A DNA stretch of 64,000 nucleotides from Bacilli bacterium (GTDB lineage: Bacteria; Bacillota_I; Bacilli_A; ML615J-28; CAG-698), in NCBI GenBank assembly GCA_050953065.1, contig JBMNLZ010000002.1:32001-96000 (forward strand), read 5' to 3'. The position numbers and the translations under genes are program-made. This document shows, piece by piece, positions 52,768 to 63,655 of the stretch; the first letter of the stretch is position 1; the number at the start of each line of letters is the position of its first letter. A model generated the notes under the pieces. It saw only the letters and a program-made list of their open reading frames with translations. It did no database searches and had not been told where the DNA came from.

Positions 52768-52847
52768 TTAGGATTATCTTTATGTTTTTTTAAAAAAATT
52801 TTTTTAACAATTTTTTTAAAATTATTTACTCTAAAAAAAGAAGTTTT

Positions 52848-53393
52848 TTAAACAACTTCTTTTAATTTATAATCTCTTAAAATTTTTAAAACAATTAAGC
52901 CAATTAGGATACTAGAGATAAGCGAAATTAAAACTAAGATCCCACCATAATAAATTACGATATCGTAAAAAGAAAAAAGAATTGTTGAAACAAATAATTG
53001 TCCTATTATATGTAAAAAACCACCAATAGCGCTCACTCCCACAGGCGATATTCTTTCTTTTAGAAACTTTTTAAAGATAACCATCCCTAAAAAGCTTAAA
53101 AGCGTCCCAACTAAACTAATAACAAAAGCAACAAATCCACCCAAAATAAAACCTACTATCAAAACTTTTAATAACGCTATGATTAAAGATTCTCTTACTT
53201 TAAACAAATAAATGCTTAAAAGGACCACAATATTAGCAAGTCCTATTTTTGTTGGAACAAAAGGCAGAACTAAACTTGATAAATACTTATCAACAAGTGA
53301 TAATATTATTCCAACCGCAACCAAAAGACTAATTAAAGTAAGTCTTTGGGTCTTATTATTAGAAAGTTTTAAAAAACTATTGTTATTTTCCAT
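52848..53393 (-). CDS. Gx transporter family (heptaprenyl diphosphate synthase component I-like) membrane protein
   Basis: K.GLANIV.L, S..G...S, S..GVS..GG..H..GQL signature; 5-6 TM helices. Confidence 0.8.
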   Translation of the reverse strand: MENNNSFLKLSNNKTQRLTLISLLVAVGIILSLVDKYLSSLVLPFVPTKIGLANIVVLLSIYLFKVRESLIIALLKVLIVGFILGGFVAFVISLVGTLLSFLGMVIFKKFLKERISPVGVSAIGGFLHIIGQLFVSTILFSFYDIVIYYGGILVLISLISSILIGLIVLKILRDYKLKEVV

Positions 53394-53496
53394 TAAACTA
53401 TCCTCAAAATAATTCTATATTATTTTTGCGTTTTGTCAAGAAATGGTTTATAATTAATTTAGACTTTAAAAAAAAATATATTAGGAGGTTTTATCT

Positions 53497-53895
53497 ATGT
53501 GTGTGTTTTGTAAAATCGTAAAAGGGGAGATTCCTTCATATAAAGTTTATGAAGATGAAAATTATTTAGCTTTTCTAGATATTTCACAAGCTACTTTAGG
53601 TCATACTTTAGTAATTCCTAAAGCACATTATGAAAATTTTTTAGATTTAAAAAATCCTGGGAAAATTTTTGAATTAACTCAAAAAATTACTACAAAAATT
53701 TCTAAAACATTGAATGTTAGTGATTTTAACATCCTAAATAACACTGGAATTAAAGCCGGACAAACAGTAAATCACTTCCATTTACATATCATTCCAAGAT
53801 ATAAAGAAAACGATCTACTTTTAGAGTTTAAAAAGAACTCTTTAACTAAAGAAGATTTCACCAATTTATTAAACAAAATAACAGCTCCTTTTTAG
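53497..53895 (+). CDS. hit: HIT family nucleotide hydrolase
   Basis: CVFCKI, GHTLVIPK.H, AGQTV.HFHLHIIPR. Confidence 0.93.
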   Translation: MCVFCKIVKGEIPSYKVYEDENYLAFLDISQATLGHTLVIPKAHYENFLDLKNPGKIFELTQKITTKISKTLNVSDFNILNNTGIKAGQTVNHFHLHIIPRYKENDLLLEFKKNSLTKEDFTNLLNKITAPF

Positions 53896-53905
53896 GAGCT
53901 GTTTT
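53880..53905. terminator. Terminator between convergent genes
   Basis: AACAGCTCCT-ttt-TAGGAGCTGTT hairpin. Confidence 0.75.
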
Positions 53906-53907
53906 GT

Positions 53908-54240
53908 TTATAAAACAGGATAAGTAAAGTATAAAAAGAAGAACCACAATACCAAGCATACAATTGATGCTATATTTAAAACTAGAATAATTTTAAATTT
54001 ATAAAATTCTCTAACTTTTCTTGAAAAAATATTAAAAGAAAAAGAAATTAAAACGATAAATGCTCCTAGAATAGTTACTTCCCAAAAAAGTGGCATTAAA
54101 GCAACAATTGCACCAATTATCGCAAGGATAAAAGCACCTCTTTCAAGGCTTGTTGAGCGATAATTCTTTAAATCTTCGTTGCAATATAAACAATTATCAT
54201 TATAAGATGTTAATTTTTTTCCACAAGTAGGACATCTCAT
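53908..54240 (-). CDS. Zinc-ribbon membrane protein
   Basis: M.CPTCG....CLYC followed by 3 TM helices. Confidence 0.75.
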   Translation of the reverse strand: MRCPTCGKKLTSYNDNCLYCNEDLKNYRSTSLERGAFILAIIGAIVALMPLFWEVTILGAFIVLISFSFNIFSRKVREFYKFKIILVLNIASIVCLVLWFFFLYFTYPVL

Positions 54241-54250
54241 CTATTTTCTC

Positions 54251-55684
54251 CTAATTATCTTTTAAATATTTATACAGTGTTTTTACCATTACTCCTGTTG
54301 CACCAGGTGCTTCTTGATAGAAAGGCGAAGTTAAATGAGCAGTCCCAGCAATATCTAAATGAGCCCATGAAGTCGTAGCAGAAATAAACTCTTCAATAAA
54401 AGCAGCTGCACTGCTTACTCCCATTCCTCTACCTGATGCGTTTTTAACGTCTGCAACATCGCTTTTTCTAACCTTTTCTCTGATAAAATCTGTGATTGGT
54501 AATTGCCACAAATGTTCGTTTGCTATTTTACTAGCTTCTATTATATCATCAATTAACTTTTGATCGTTTCCAAGAATTCCTGTTGTATAATCACCTAATG
54601 CTGTAACTACAGCTCCAGTTAAAGTAGCAAGGTCTATTATTCTTTTGGCATTTTTGCTTTCAGCAAAACAAACTGCATCAGCTAGAGTAAGTCTACCCTC
54701 AGCATCTGTTGAAATAATCTCAATTGTTTTTTTATTCATGGCAGTTAATACATCATCTGGAAGTAGCGCCTCACCATTAATTCTATTATCTGTTGCACAA
54801 ATTACAACAGAAATATTTCTCTTTATCTTATTAGTAACAATCGCTTCAAATATACCAAGAACAGTTGCTGCTCCTGCCATATCGTTTTTCATTGTAGCCA
54901 TTGATGATTTTAAATCATAGCCACCAGTATCATACATTAACCCTTTGCCAACTAAAGCAGTTAAATCTTCATCTTTCCCGTTATATTCTAAATAGATTAG
55001 TTTTGGTTTTGCAACAGAACCTTTATTAACCCCTAAAAATGCATTCATACCTAAAGCTTTAATCTCTTCTTTTTCATAAATTTTATACTTTACTTTATCG
55101 CTCTTTAATCTTTCGCACATTGCAACAGCATAGTTTGCAAGGTCTTCTGCTGATAAGTAGTTATAAGGTTTATTAACTAAATCACGAGTTTTATTAACAA
55201 TTTCATAAAGATTAAAATATTCATCTAACGCTTTAATATCTTTATAATCTGTTAAAACATTAAATGTATATTTTTTAGCCTTTTTAACACTTTTACATTC
55301 TTCATAACTATATTCATAATAACTATTAATATCAATCATTGCTCTTAAGGCATCAAACTCATCTAAAGAATCAATAAAAGTTTTTGAATCTATAACTAAA
55401 TCAGAATCGGCTCCTAAAGTTAAAGCTTTAACTGCTCCTTCTAAACCTCTTATACTATATTCGCCTTTTTTCCCTAACCCTACAACATATACAGTTTTAT
55501 TAGCTATCTTTTTAAATGTTGGAATCTTATTAATTTTGTTTTTTTCTAAAGATATTATCTTTTCTTCTACTAATTCGTTTAAGTCGTTTGAAAAACTACC
55601 TAAAACACTAATTTTTTCATCACTAAAAGCACCAATTACTAGTGGTAAATCTAACAAGTCATTTTTGTTTATAAATTTAATCAT
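54251..55684 (-). CDS. pepA: Leucyl aminopeptidase (M17 family)
   Basis: VGKG..YDTGG, MKNDMAG, STDAEGRL.LAD, DLATLTG, WAHLDIAG. Confidence 0.93.
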   Translation of the reverse strand: MIKFINKNDLLDLPLVIGAFSDEKISVLGSFSNDLNELVEEKIISLEKNKINKIPTFKKIANKTVYVVGLGKKGEYSIRGLEGAVKALTLGADSDLVIDSKTFIDSLDEFDALRAMIDINSYYEYSYEECKSVKKAKKYTFNVLTDYKDIKALDEYFNLYEIVNKTRDLVNKPYNYLSAEDLANYAVAMCERLKSDKVKYKIYEKEEIKALGMNAFLGVNKGSVAKPKLIYLEYNGKDEDLTALVGKGLMYDTGGYDLKSSMATMKNDMAGAATVLGIFEAIVTNKIKRNISVVICATDNRINGEALLPDDVLTAMNKKTIEIISTDAEGRLTLADAVCFAESKNAKRIIDLATLTGAVVTALGDYTTGILGNDQKLIDDIIEASKIANEHLWQLPITDFIREKVRKSDVADVKNASGRGMGVSSAAAFIEEFISATTSWAHLDIAGTAHLTSPFYQEAPGATGVMVKTLYKYLKDN

Positions 55685-55694
55685 TCTTCTTCTC

Positions 55695-56969
55695 CTATTT
55701 AATATATTCTTTATTTAAATACGGAATTAAAACATCCGGTATTTTTATACTTCCATCTTCTTGTTGGTAGTTTTCAAGAATTGCTACCATAGTTCTTCCC
55801 ACAGCCAAACCAGAGCCGTTTAACGTATGAACAAACTCTAATTTAGAATCTTTATCACGCCTAAACCTAATATTCCCACGACGTGCTTGATAATCCTCAG
55901 CGTTAGAAATACTTCCAATCTCTCGATACGTATTTTGACCCGGAAGCCAAACTTCAATATCATAAGTTTTAGCCATTCCAAACCCCATATCTCCGCTACA
56001 AAGCGATACAACTCGATACGGTATCTTTAATTCTTTTAAAATTGACTCAGAATCTTCTAACATTTTTTCAAGTTCATTATATGATTCTTCTGGAGTGCTA
56101 AATTTAATAAGTTCTACCTTATTAAATTGATGCATTCTAATAAGTCCTCTTGTGTCTCTACCTGCACTTCCTGCCTCTGATCTAAAAGCTGTTGTATAGC
56201 TAACATATTTGATTGGTAATTCTTCTAAAGATAATATTTCATCTCTGTGCATATTAATAGTTGGAACTTCTGCTGTTGGATTTAAATACCACTCACCATT
56301 TCCATTAGCAATTCTAAAAGCATCATCACTAAACTTTGGTAACTGTCCGGTTGCAAACATGCTATCTTTACTTACAATATATGGAGGTAGCACCGCTTTA
56401 TAACCCTTCTTTTCATGATGGGTTAACATAAACATAATTAAAGCCATCTCTAAAATTGCAGCATCTCCTTTTAATATCGCAAAGCGACTTCCTGTAACCT
56501 TACTTGCTCTTTCAAAGTCTAGGATGTTTAACTTTTCACCAAGCTCAAAATGTTCTTTTGGTTTAAAATTAAATTTTGTTGGTTCTAAAAATTTTTTTAT
56601 TTCTTTGTTTTCTGTTTCATCTTTCCCAAGAGGAACACTTTTATCTAAAAGATTTGGAGTGTTTAAAAGAGTCCATTTAATTTCTTCTTCAATTTCTGCA
56701 ACCTGTTTATCTAATTCATCAATTTCTTCTTTAATTGATGACACTCTTTCCATGATGCTTGTAGCATCTTTTTTTTCTCTTTTTAATTCACCAATTAATT
56801 TACTCTTATCGTTTCTTTCTTTTTTTAGGGTTTCAACCTCAACAAGCAAATTCCTTTTTTTAACATCTTTTTCTTTAATCTCTTTTAAATAACTAAAGTC
56901 TTTTCCTCTAGTATTAAGGTTTTTAATTACTGCATCAACATCATCTCTTATTAATTTAATATCAATCAT
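55695..56969 (-). CDS. serS: Serine--tRNA ligase
   Basis: N-terminal coiled coil, PTAEVP, FRSEAG, HQFNKVE, HTLNGS.LAVGR. Confidence 0.98.
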   Translation of the reverse strand: MIDIKLIRDDVDAVIKNLNTRGKDFSYLKEIKEKDVKKRNLLVEVETLKKERNDKSKLIGELKREKKDATSIMERVSSIKEEIDELDKQVAEIEEEIKWTLLNTPNLLDKSVPLGKDETENKEIKKFLEPTKFNFKPKEHFELGEKLNILDFERASKVTGSRFAILKGDAAILEMALIMFMLTHHEKKGYKAVLPPYIVSKDSMFATGQLPKFSDDAFRIANGNGEWYLNPTAEVPTINMHRDEILSLEELPIKYVSYTTAFRSEAGSAGRDTRGLIRMHQFNKVELIKFSTPEESYNELEKMLEDSESILKELKIPYRVVSLCSGDMGFGMAKTYDIEVWLPGQNTYREIGSISNAEDYQARRGNIRFRRDKDSKLEFVHTLNGSGLAVGRTMVAILENYQQEDGSIKIPDVLIPYLNKEYIK

Positions 56970-56991
56970 TTTTATCTCTCCTTATATATAA

Positions 56992-57205
56992 ATAAAAAAC
57001 GCCCCTAAAAATTAGGGACGAATTTTCCGTGGTGCCACCCTAGTTAAGGCCTAAATTTTAAACCTCACTTATTTTGCTGATATCGGAGCACCCCGGAAGT
57101 GATTAGCTTCTCCTAAAAGGTAGATTTCAAATAAAGTTATTGTTAATTTTCACCAACCATTAACTCTCTTTTTAAATAACTTCTATTTTACTTAGTCCTT
57201 TTTAA
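56992..57205 (-). ncRNA. T-box riboswitch leader (Ser)
   Basis: Stem I with AGTA, AGAGAG and GGTGAA motifs; specifier UCU (57122-57124); T-box AGGGTGGCACCACG (57028-57041), whose variable C fits discriminator G73; terminator 57000-57020 with a U-run. Confidence 0.93.
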
Positions 57206-57222
57206 AACGGATTTATAAAACA

Positions 57223-57251
57223 ATTATAATCAACAAAGTTATCTTTGTCAA
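57223..57251 (-). promoter_or_regulatory. sigma-A promoter of the serS T-box leader
   Basis: TTGACA-17 bp-TATAAT right after the gyrA stop. Confidence 0.88.
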
Positions 57252-57253
57252 TA

Positions 57254-59923
57254 TTATTCTTCCTCATCTATAAATGTATAATCAATATCATATTGGAATT
57301 GTTCTTTCAAATCTCCTTCTTCATTGATTTCATCTTCTTCATCTCGAGGAACAACCGCAATATGAGCAACTAAATGATCATCTTTTAATTTAATAACTCT
57401 AACACCTTGTGTATCGCGACCTATTTTTCTAATTTCATCAACATGAGCTCTTATAATCATTCCTTTATCAGTAATAATCATAACATCCTCATCACCTCTT
57501 ACAGTTTCAAAAGCTACTAAATTACCATTCTTTTCGGTTGTATTTAACGCTTTAACACCTTTTCCACCCTTATCTTGGACTCTAAAAGCATCTACGTTAG
57601 TTCTCTTACCATAACCACCTTCAGTAACAATTAGAATTTCATCCCCATCAGTATTAACAATCGCCATACCAACAGCTCTTTCTTTTTCTTCATCTTCTAA
57701 CTTGATACCTCTAACTCCGGCTGAAATTCGTTTCATCGGGCGAACTCTTGATTCACTAAATCTAATGGCTTTCCCATTTGATGCTCCAAGAATAATATCT
57801 TTTTCACCATCTGTAATTCCAACCTCAAATAACTCATCGCCTTCTTTTAGAATGATTGCTTTAATTCCTGTTGATCTGATATTTCTAAAAGCTGAAATTT
57901 CAGTTTTCTTAACAACTCCAGATCTTGTTGCAAACATTAAGTAACCTTCTCTGTTATCAATATCATCAATATTAACAACAGTTGCTAACTCTTCACCTTC
58001 TTCAAACTCTAGCAAGTTAACAATTGGTAGTCCTTTTGCAGTTCTACTAAAGATTGGTATTTGGAAGGCTCTTAGTTTATAAACTTTACCTAAATTGCTA
58101 AAGAATAGTAGCGTATCGTGAGTTGAAGTGTAAAGCACTCTTTCAACAAAATCATCCTCAACCATCTTAGCACCGGTTACCCCTTGGCCACCTTTTCTTT
58201 GCACTCTATAAGTATCTACAGTCATTCGTTTAACATAACCACGATTTGTTACTGTGATAATGACATCTTCTTCTGGAATTAAGTCTTCGTCTTCTATTTC
58301 AAGTTCATCACTTAGACTTATTTCACTCCTTCTTTCATCACCATATTTTTCTTTTATTTCAATTAACTCACTAACGATAATTTTTAATTTCTTATCGTGA
58401 TGTCTTAATATATCTTTATATTCTTGAATCGCTTTCTTTAATTCAGCCATTTCTTCTTTAAGTTTATCAACTTCTAAAGAAGTTAAACTTTGAAGACGCA
58501 TTTCTAAAATAGATCTAGCTTGAATTTCTGTTAGATTAAGAGTTCTCATTAATTCATTTGATGCATCATCTCTATTCTTTGATTTTTTAATTAATTGAAC
58601 TACAAAATCAATATCTGCTAAAGCAACTAACAGCCCTTCAACAATATGAGCTCTATCTTCTGCTTTTTTTAAGTCAAACTGAATTCTTCTAGTTAAAACA
58701 TCAATTTGGTGCTCAAGATAATAATTTAACATTTCTTTAATGTTTAAAACCTTTGGTTGACCTTTAACAAGTGCAAGCATATTGATTCCAAAAGTAGCTT
58801 GAAGTTGAGTATATTTAAATAAATTATTAACGACAACATTTGCATTAACATCACGTCTTAAATCAACTACAATTCTCATTCCTTTTCTATTAGATTCATC
58901 TGCTAATCCAACAATTCCATCAATTATCTTATCTTTAACAGTATCTGCAATTCGTTCGATTAGTTTTGCTTTATTAACTTGATAAGGAATTTCTGTAATA
59001 ATGATTTGAGATTTATTACCATGTGTTTCTTTAATCTCTAGTTTTCCTCTAATTGTAATAGCGCCATTTCCAGTCATGTAAGCTTTTCTTACTTGACTTA
59101 GTCCCATAATGCAACCACCCGTTGGAAAGTCAGGGCCTTTAATATACATCATCAAACCTTCAATTGAAATGTTTGGATCTTTTATTAACGCTAAAAGCCC
59201 ATCAATTACTTCTGTTAGATTGTGAGGTGGGATGTTTGTTGCCATACCAACTGCAATCCCTGTTGCCCCATTTACTAAAATGTTAGGGAACTTACAAGGA
59301 AGAACGCTTGGTTCTTTTTCGCTACCATCATAGTTGTCTTCAAAGTTAACTGTATTTTTATTTAAATCTTTAAGCAGCTCCATTGATACCTTAGACATTC
59401 TAGCTTCAGTATAACGCATCGCCGCTGCTCCATCACCGTCAACCGAACCAAAGTTACCATGGCCATCTACCAAAGGATATCTATAACTAAAATCTTGAGC
59501 CATTCTAACCATAGCATCATATACTGCAGTATCACCATGTGGGTGGTACTTACCAATAACCTCACCAACAATTCTGGCTGATTTTTTAAAAGGTTTATCA
59601 GAATGCATTCCTAAATCATTCATTGCATATAGAATTCTTCTGTGAACTGGTTTCATCCCGTCTCTTACATCTGGTAAAGCTCTTGCTACAATTACACTCA
59701 TCGCATAGCTTAAGAACGAGGTTTTCATTTCTTTTGTTAAGTCAATTTCTCTAACGCTTAGTTTTTCTTGACTTATAACCTCAGCCTCTTCATTTGAGGC
59801 ATCTTCTATATCCTCTTTTTCTTCTAATGATGAAGTATCTTCGTTATCTTCTTCTTTTTCTTCATCTTTTTCGTCAAAATCTTCTTCGATTATTTCATCA
59901 TCTTTGTTTTTATTTTCATCCAT
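57254..59923 (-). CDS. gyrA: DNA gyrase subunit A
   Basis: [24 protein letters not shown]; GyrA-box QRKGGQG. Confidence 0.98.
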   Translation of the reverse strand: MDENKNKDDEIIEEDFDEKDEEKEEDNEDTSSLEEKEDIEDASNEEAEVISQEKLSVREIDLTKEMKTSFLSYAMSVIVARALPDVRDGMKPVHRRILYAMNDLGMHSDKPFKKSARIVGEVIGKYHPHGDTAVYDAMVRMAQDFSYRYPLVDGHGNFGSVDGDGAAAMRYTEARMSKVSMELLKDLNKNTVNFEDNYDGSEKEPSVLPCKFPNILVNGATGIAVGMATNIPPHNLTEVIDGLLALIKDPNISIEGLMMYIKGPDFPTGGCIMGLSQVRKAYMTGNGAITIRGKLEIKETHGNKSQIIITEIPYQVNKAKLIERIADTVKDKIIDGIVGLADESNRKGMRIVVDLRRDVNANVVVNNLFKYTQLQATFGINMLALVKGQPKVLNIKEMLNYYLEHQIDVLTRRIQFDLKKAEDRAHIVEGLLVALADIDFVVQLIKKSKNRDDASNELMRTLNLTEIQARSILEMRLQSLTSLEVDKLKEEMAELKKAIQEYKDILRHHDKKLKIIVSELIEIKEKYGDERRSEISLSDELEIEDEDLIPEEDVIITVTNRGYVKRMTVDTYRVQRKGGQGVTGAKMVEDDFVERVLYTSTHDTLLFFSNLGKVYKLRAFQIPIFSRTAKGLPIVNLLEFEEGEELATVVNIDDIDNREGYLMFATRSGVVKKTEISAFRNIRSTGIKAIILKEGDELFEVGITDGEKDIILGASNGKAIRFSESRVRPMKRISAGVRGIKLEDEEKERAVGMAIVNTDGDEILIVTEGGYGKRTNVDAFRVQDKGGKGVKALNTTEKNGNLVAFETVRGDEDVMIITDKGMIIRAHVDEIRKIGRDTQGVRVIKLKDDHLVAHIAVVPRDEEDEINEEGDLKEQFQYDIDYTFIDEEE

Positions 59924-59938
59924 TTTATAATCTCCAAA

Positions 59939-61870
59939 TTAAATATCTAAATTTTCAACATAAACTGCATTTTCTTCAATAAACTCTCTACGAGGTTCGA
60001 CCTCATCTCCCATCAATTTTCTAAAAACATCATCTTCTGCAATTGCATCAGACAAAGTTACTTGTAATAGGGTTCTGTTTTCTGGATCCATTGTTGTTTC
60101 CCAAAGTTGTTCTGGATTCATTTCTCCTAACCCTTTATAACGTTGAATATTTGGTTTTGGAGTTTTTGAGAATCTTTCTAAAATTCTTTGCAGTTCGTTA
60201 TCTGAATATGCATAGGCCACCTTTTTGTTTTGAGAAACCTTATATAATGGTGGTTGAGCAATATATACATAACCTTCTTTAATTAAAGGCTTCATGTGCC
60301 TATAAAGGAAAGTTAGTAATAACGTTCTAATATGCGCTCCGTCAACATCAGCATCGGTCATGATTATAATTTTGTGGTAACGTGCATTTTCAATTTTAAA
60401 ATCATCACCAATACCAGTTCCAAAAGCTTGAATCATTGATAAAATTTCTTTGTTTGCTAGAATTCTATCTAACCTTGCTTTTTCAACATTTAAAACCTTA
60501 CCTCTTAAAGGTAAAATAGCTTGAATTTCACTATCTCTACCTTGTCTTGCAGACCCTCCCGCTGAATCACCTTCGACTATATAAATTTCTGCTTTAGTTG
60601 GATCTTTCTCACGACAATCAGATAATTTTGATGCAAAGCCTAAACTATCTAAAGGGCTTTTTCTTCTTGTTGCTTCTCTTGCTTTTTTAGCAGCAATTCT
60701 TGCTCTACTTGCTAAAATTGATTTTTCAATAATCTCTTTAGCCATTCCTGGATTTTCTATTAAAAATCTTTCTAATCCTTCAGATAAGATTTGAGAAGTT
60801 ATTTTTCTAACCTCAACATTCCCGAGTTTAGCTTTTGTTTGCCCTTCAAATTGTGGGTTTGGGTGTCTACAACTAATAATAGCAGTTAAACCTTCTCTAA
60901 CATCATCTCCAGTAAAGGCTTCATCTTTTTTTAAGATATTACTGTTTTTACCATAAGCGTTTAGAACTCTTGTTAAACTATTTCTAAAACCTTCCTCATG
61001 TGTTCCACCATCTGGAGTAAAAATATTGTTAATAAACGAATATATATTACTATTATAGTCATCTGTATATTGCAAAGCCATTTCTATTTCAATATTATCG
61101 CTTTCGCCACTAATATAAATAATTGTTGCATGTATTGGGTTTTTAGATTTATTTAAATAACTTACATATTCTTTAATCCCACCTTCATAACAATAATGAA
61201 CCTTTCTTGGTTGTTCTGGATTTCTGTTGTCCATCAAAGTTATCGCTAGCCCTTTGTTTAAGAAAGCACATTGTTGGAATCTCGTTCTTAGAGTTTCAAA
61301 GTCATAATCTGTACCTTCTTTAAAAATTTCAGGATCAGCAGAAAACGTAACTCTTGTTCCACTTAATTCTGTTTCACCAATCTCTTTTAGCGGATAAAGA
61401 CGTTTCCCTTTACTAAATTCTTGTTGGTATTCTTTTCCTTCTTTCCAAATGGTAACCTTCAAACTTTCACTTAAAGCGTTAACTACACTAGCTCCAACTC
61501 CGTGCAAACCACCAGAAACCTTATAAGAAGACCCGTCAAACTTACCACCAGCATGTAGAATTGTAAAAACAGCCTCTGCTGCCGACTCTTTAGTTTTTGG
61601 GTGAATATCTACAGGTATCCCACGTCCGTTATCGGTTACTTGAATTACATTGTTTGGAAGGATTTCAATTTCTATGTGTGTACAAAAGCCCGCTAAGGCC
61701 TCATCAATTGAGTTATCCACAATTTCCCAAACCAAATGATGAAGTCCCCTTGGTCCTGTTGAGCCAATATACATCCCGGGACGCTTTCTGACCGCTTCTA
61801 ACCCCTCTAAGAGTTGAATATTGGATGCTCCATAATCATGTTGATTTGGATTTGTATTTTCTTTATCCAT
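59939..61870 (-). CDS. gyrB: DNA gyrase subunit B
   Basis: [42 protein letters not shown]. Confidence 0.98.
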   Translation of the reverse strand: MDKENTNPNQHDYGASNIQLLEGLEAVRKRPGMYIGSTGPRGLHHLVWEIVDNSIDEALAGFCTHIEIEILPNNVIQVTDNGRGIPVDIHPKTKESAAEAVFTILHAGGKFDGSSYKVSGGLHGVGASVVNALSESLKVTIWKEGKEYQQEFSKGKRLYPLKEIGETELSGTRVTFSADPEIFKEGTDYDFETLRTRFQQCAFLNKGLAITLMDNRNPEQPRKVHYCYEGGIKEYVSYLNKSKNPIHATIIYISGESDNIEIEMALQYTDDYNSNIYSFINNIFTPDGGTHEEGFRNSLTRVLNAYGKNSNILKKDEAFTGDDVREGLTAIISCRHPNPQFEGQTKAKLGNVEVRKITSQILSEGLERFLIENPGMAKEIIEKSILASRARIAAKKAREATRRKSPLDSLGFASKLSDCREKDPTKAEIYIVEGDSAGGSARQGRDSEIQAILPLRGKVLNVEKARLDRILANKEILSMIQAFGTGIGDDFKIENARYHKIIIMTDADVDGAHIRTLLLTFLYRHMKPLIKEGYVYIAQPPLYKVSQNKKVAYAYSDNELQRILERFSKTPKPNIQRYKGLGEMNPEQLWETTMDPENRTLLQVTLSDAIAEDDVFRKLMGDEVEPRREFIEENAVYVENLDI

Positions 61871-62933
61871 TCAAAACACCACCTTTTTCTACTTTTATAA
61901 TTTTACTTTTATTTAATATTTCCTTTTCAATTAGATTAATTGAAGTTGTTGTAATAAAAATCTGATTCCCTTTTTCAAGCAAACTCATTAATTGGTTTTG
62001 CCTGATTTCATCTAATTCTGAAAAAACATCATCTAAAATCACTATTATCTCTTTTTTCTTAGAAATTAAGTACTCTCCAAGTGCAAACTTCAAAGCTATA
62101 CAAACTGTTTTCTTTTGACCTTGAGAACCATAAGCACAACAATCAACATCGTTTATCAACACTATAAAATCATCTTTGTGTGGACCAACGTTGGTATTTT
62201 TAGTAATTTCATCCCTTTGTAAACTGTTTTTAAAGTTTTCCTCATAGTTTTCCACATTTGTGTTTGGGTTATACACAATCTTCCCCATGTCTGTTTTCTT
62301 AGAAATGATGTTTTCCTTATTTTCAAAATAAGGATTTAAGCTTTTTATAAACTCTTCTCTTTTAGAAACAATGGCTTTTCCAACCTTAATTAATTCGTCT
62401 CCATAGATATCTAAAAGCTCTGAATCTATAATTTCTTGCTTCAAAAGATCGTTTCTTTCTTTTAAAAGTTTTTTATATCTAATTAAATCTTTTAAATAAG
62501 CCGGATCATTTTGTGAGATGCTAGAGTCTAAAAATCTCCTTCTTTCTGATGGACCGCCTTTTATAATCTCTAAATCATCTGGTCCAAAAAAAACCACACT
62601 ATAGCGTCCAACAAAGTCACTAAGTTGTTTGACCGTTTTACCGTTTATACTTATTTTTTTAGAACTTTGATCAACTATTAGGTTTATTTTTTCGGTTTTA
62701 TTGTTTTTCTCAATCCTTGCTTCAACACTAAATCCCGGTTCTCCAAACATTATAGCCTCTTTATCTATTGAAGTTCTATTTGATTTAGCAACACAAGTAT
62801 ACAAAACTGCTTCTACCAAACTTGTTTTACCCGTAGCATTTTCCCCTATTATTATATTAACACTGGGAGAAAACAAAACACGAGCTTGTTTATAACACCT
62901 AAAGTTGGCTACTTTTAATTCTTTTACATACAT
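61863..62933 (-). CDS. recF: DNA replication/repair protein RecF
   Basis: [41 protein letters not shown]. Confidence 0.96.
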   Translation of the reverse strand: MYVKELKVANFRCYKQARVLFSPSVNIIIGENATGKTSLVEAVLYTCVAKSNRTSIDKEAIMFGEPGFSVEARIEKNNKTEKINLIVDQSSKKISINGKTVKQLSDFVGRYSVVFFGPDDLEIIKGGPSERRRFLDSSISQNDPAYLKDLIRYKKLLKERNDLLKQEIIDSELLDIYGDELIKVGKAIVSKREEFIKSLNPYFENKENIISKKTDMGKIVYNPNTNVENYEENFKNSLQRDEITKNTNVGPHKDDFIVLINDVDCCAYGSQGQKKTVCIALKFALGEYLISKKKEIIVILDDVFSELDEIRQNQLMSLLEKGNQIFITTTSINLIEKEILNKSKIIKVEKGGVLNG

Positions 62934-62937
62934 AAAG

Positions 62938-63150
62938 CTATTCCTTGGTTATCATATATTCGGTTTTTAAAACTTTTATAACATCACCGCGATATAGTTT
63001 GCGTCCTCTTCTTTCTTCTTTTACCCCGTTTACCAAAACTTCTTTTATCATTAAGAAGTTTTTAGCATCAGAACCACCAGCAATTATCCCTTTAAGCTTT
63101 AAAAACTGCCCTAAAGTAATATATTCTGTATAAATTGCTACTTTTTCCAT
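62938..63150 (-). CDS. yaaA: S4-domain protein YaaA
   Basis: EYITLGQFLK, GG.DAK, VNG..E.RRGRKLY.GD; upstream of recF. Confidence 0.93.
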   Translation of the reverse strand: MEKVAIYTEYITLGQFLKLKGIIAGGSDAKNFLMIKEVLVNGVKEERRGRKLYRGDVIKVLKTEYMITKE

Positions 63151-63254
63151 GTTTTAACTCCGTTTTTCTTTCTATATTATATTATACTCTTTTAATCACA
63201 AAAATACCACCTTTTTTTTACTTTTTTTTAGATTTTTTTAATTATTTAAATAAA

Positions 63255-63655
63255 GTATGTTTTTATGTATATATGTATGTATTTAACCCATCTTTTTTAT
63301 TGTTTGTTATAATTTTACAAAGATACCTCTTTATGTATATACATACAAACATATATACACTCAGTCTCCCAACCAAAAGTCTATACATACTTATATACAC
63401 ATTTATTTATATACATACAAACATACTTCCACATTTACATATTACCATATTGCATTTTTTTAAACTATGTGTTATAATATAACCATAAATATGTAAAGAG
63501 GTATATACATCTTTATTTATATACATATTTACATTTGTATGTTTATACACACAAACATATTGATGTATATACAAATATATGTTTATATGTATAAATGTAT
63601 GTATGTTTTTATTTATATACATACAAACATAAATATGTTTATATGTAAATAAATA
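63255..63655. repeat. AT-rich array of 24-bp quasi-palindromic repeats built from 4-nt units
   Basis: TTTATTTATATACATACAAACATA identical at 63402-63425 and 63608-63631; 1 mismatch at 63330-63353; 4 mismatches at 63536-63559; partial at 63512-63527. Confidence 0.85.
63450..63478 (+). promoter_or_regulatory. Candidate sigma-A promoter inside the repeat array
   Basis: TTGCAT-17 bp-TATAAT with extended -10 TG. Confidence 0.6.

Noticed and set aside
61713-61721. Perfect DnaA box TTATCCACA in gyrB
   Set aside because: A single copy explained by the conserved IVDN codons.
63135-63622. ORFs 63135..63482 (+) and 63407..63622 (-)
   Set aside because: Low-complexity Y/I/H/T translations of the AT-rich repeat array, with no good SD.
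63330-63631. 24-bp repeats as a CRISPR array
   Set aside because: Spacing is irregular, spacers are made of the same low-complexity units, and no cas genes are present.
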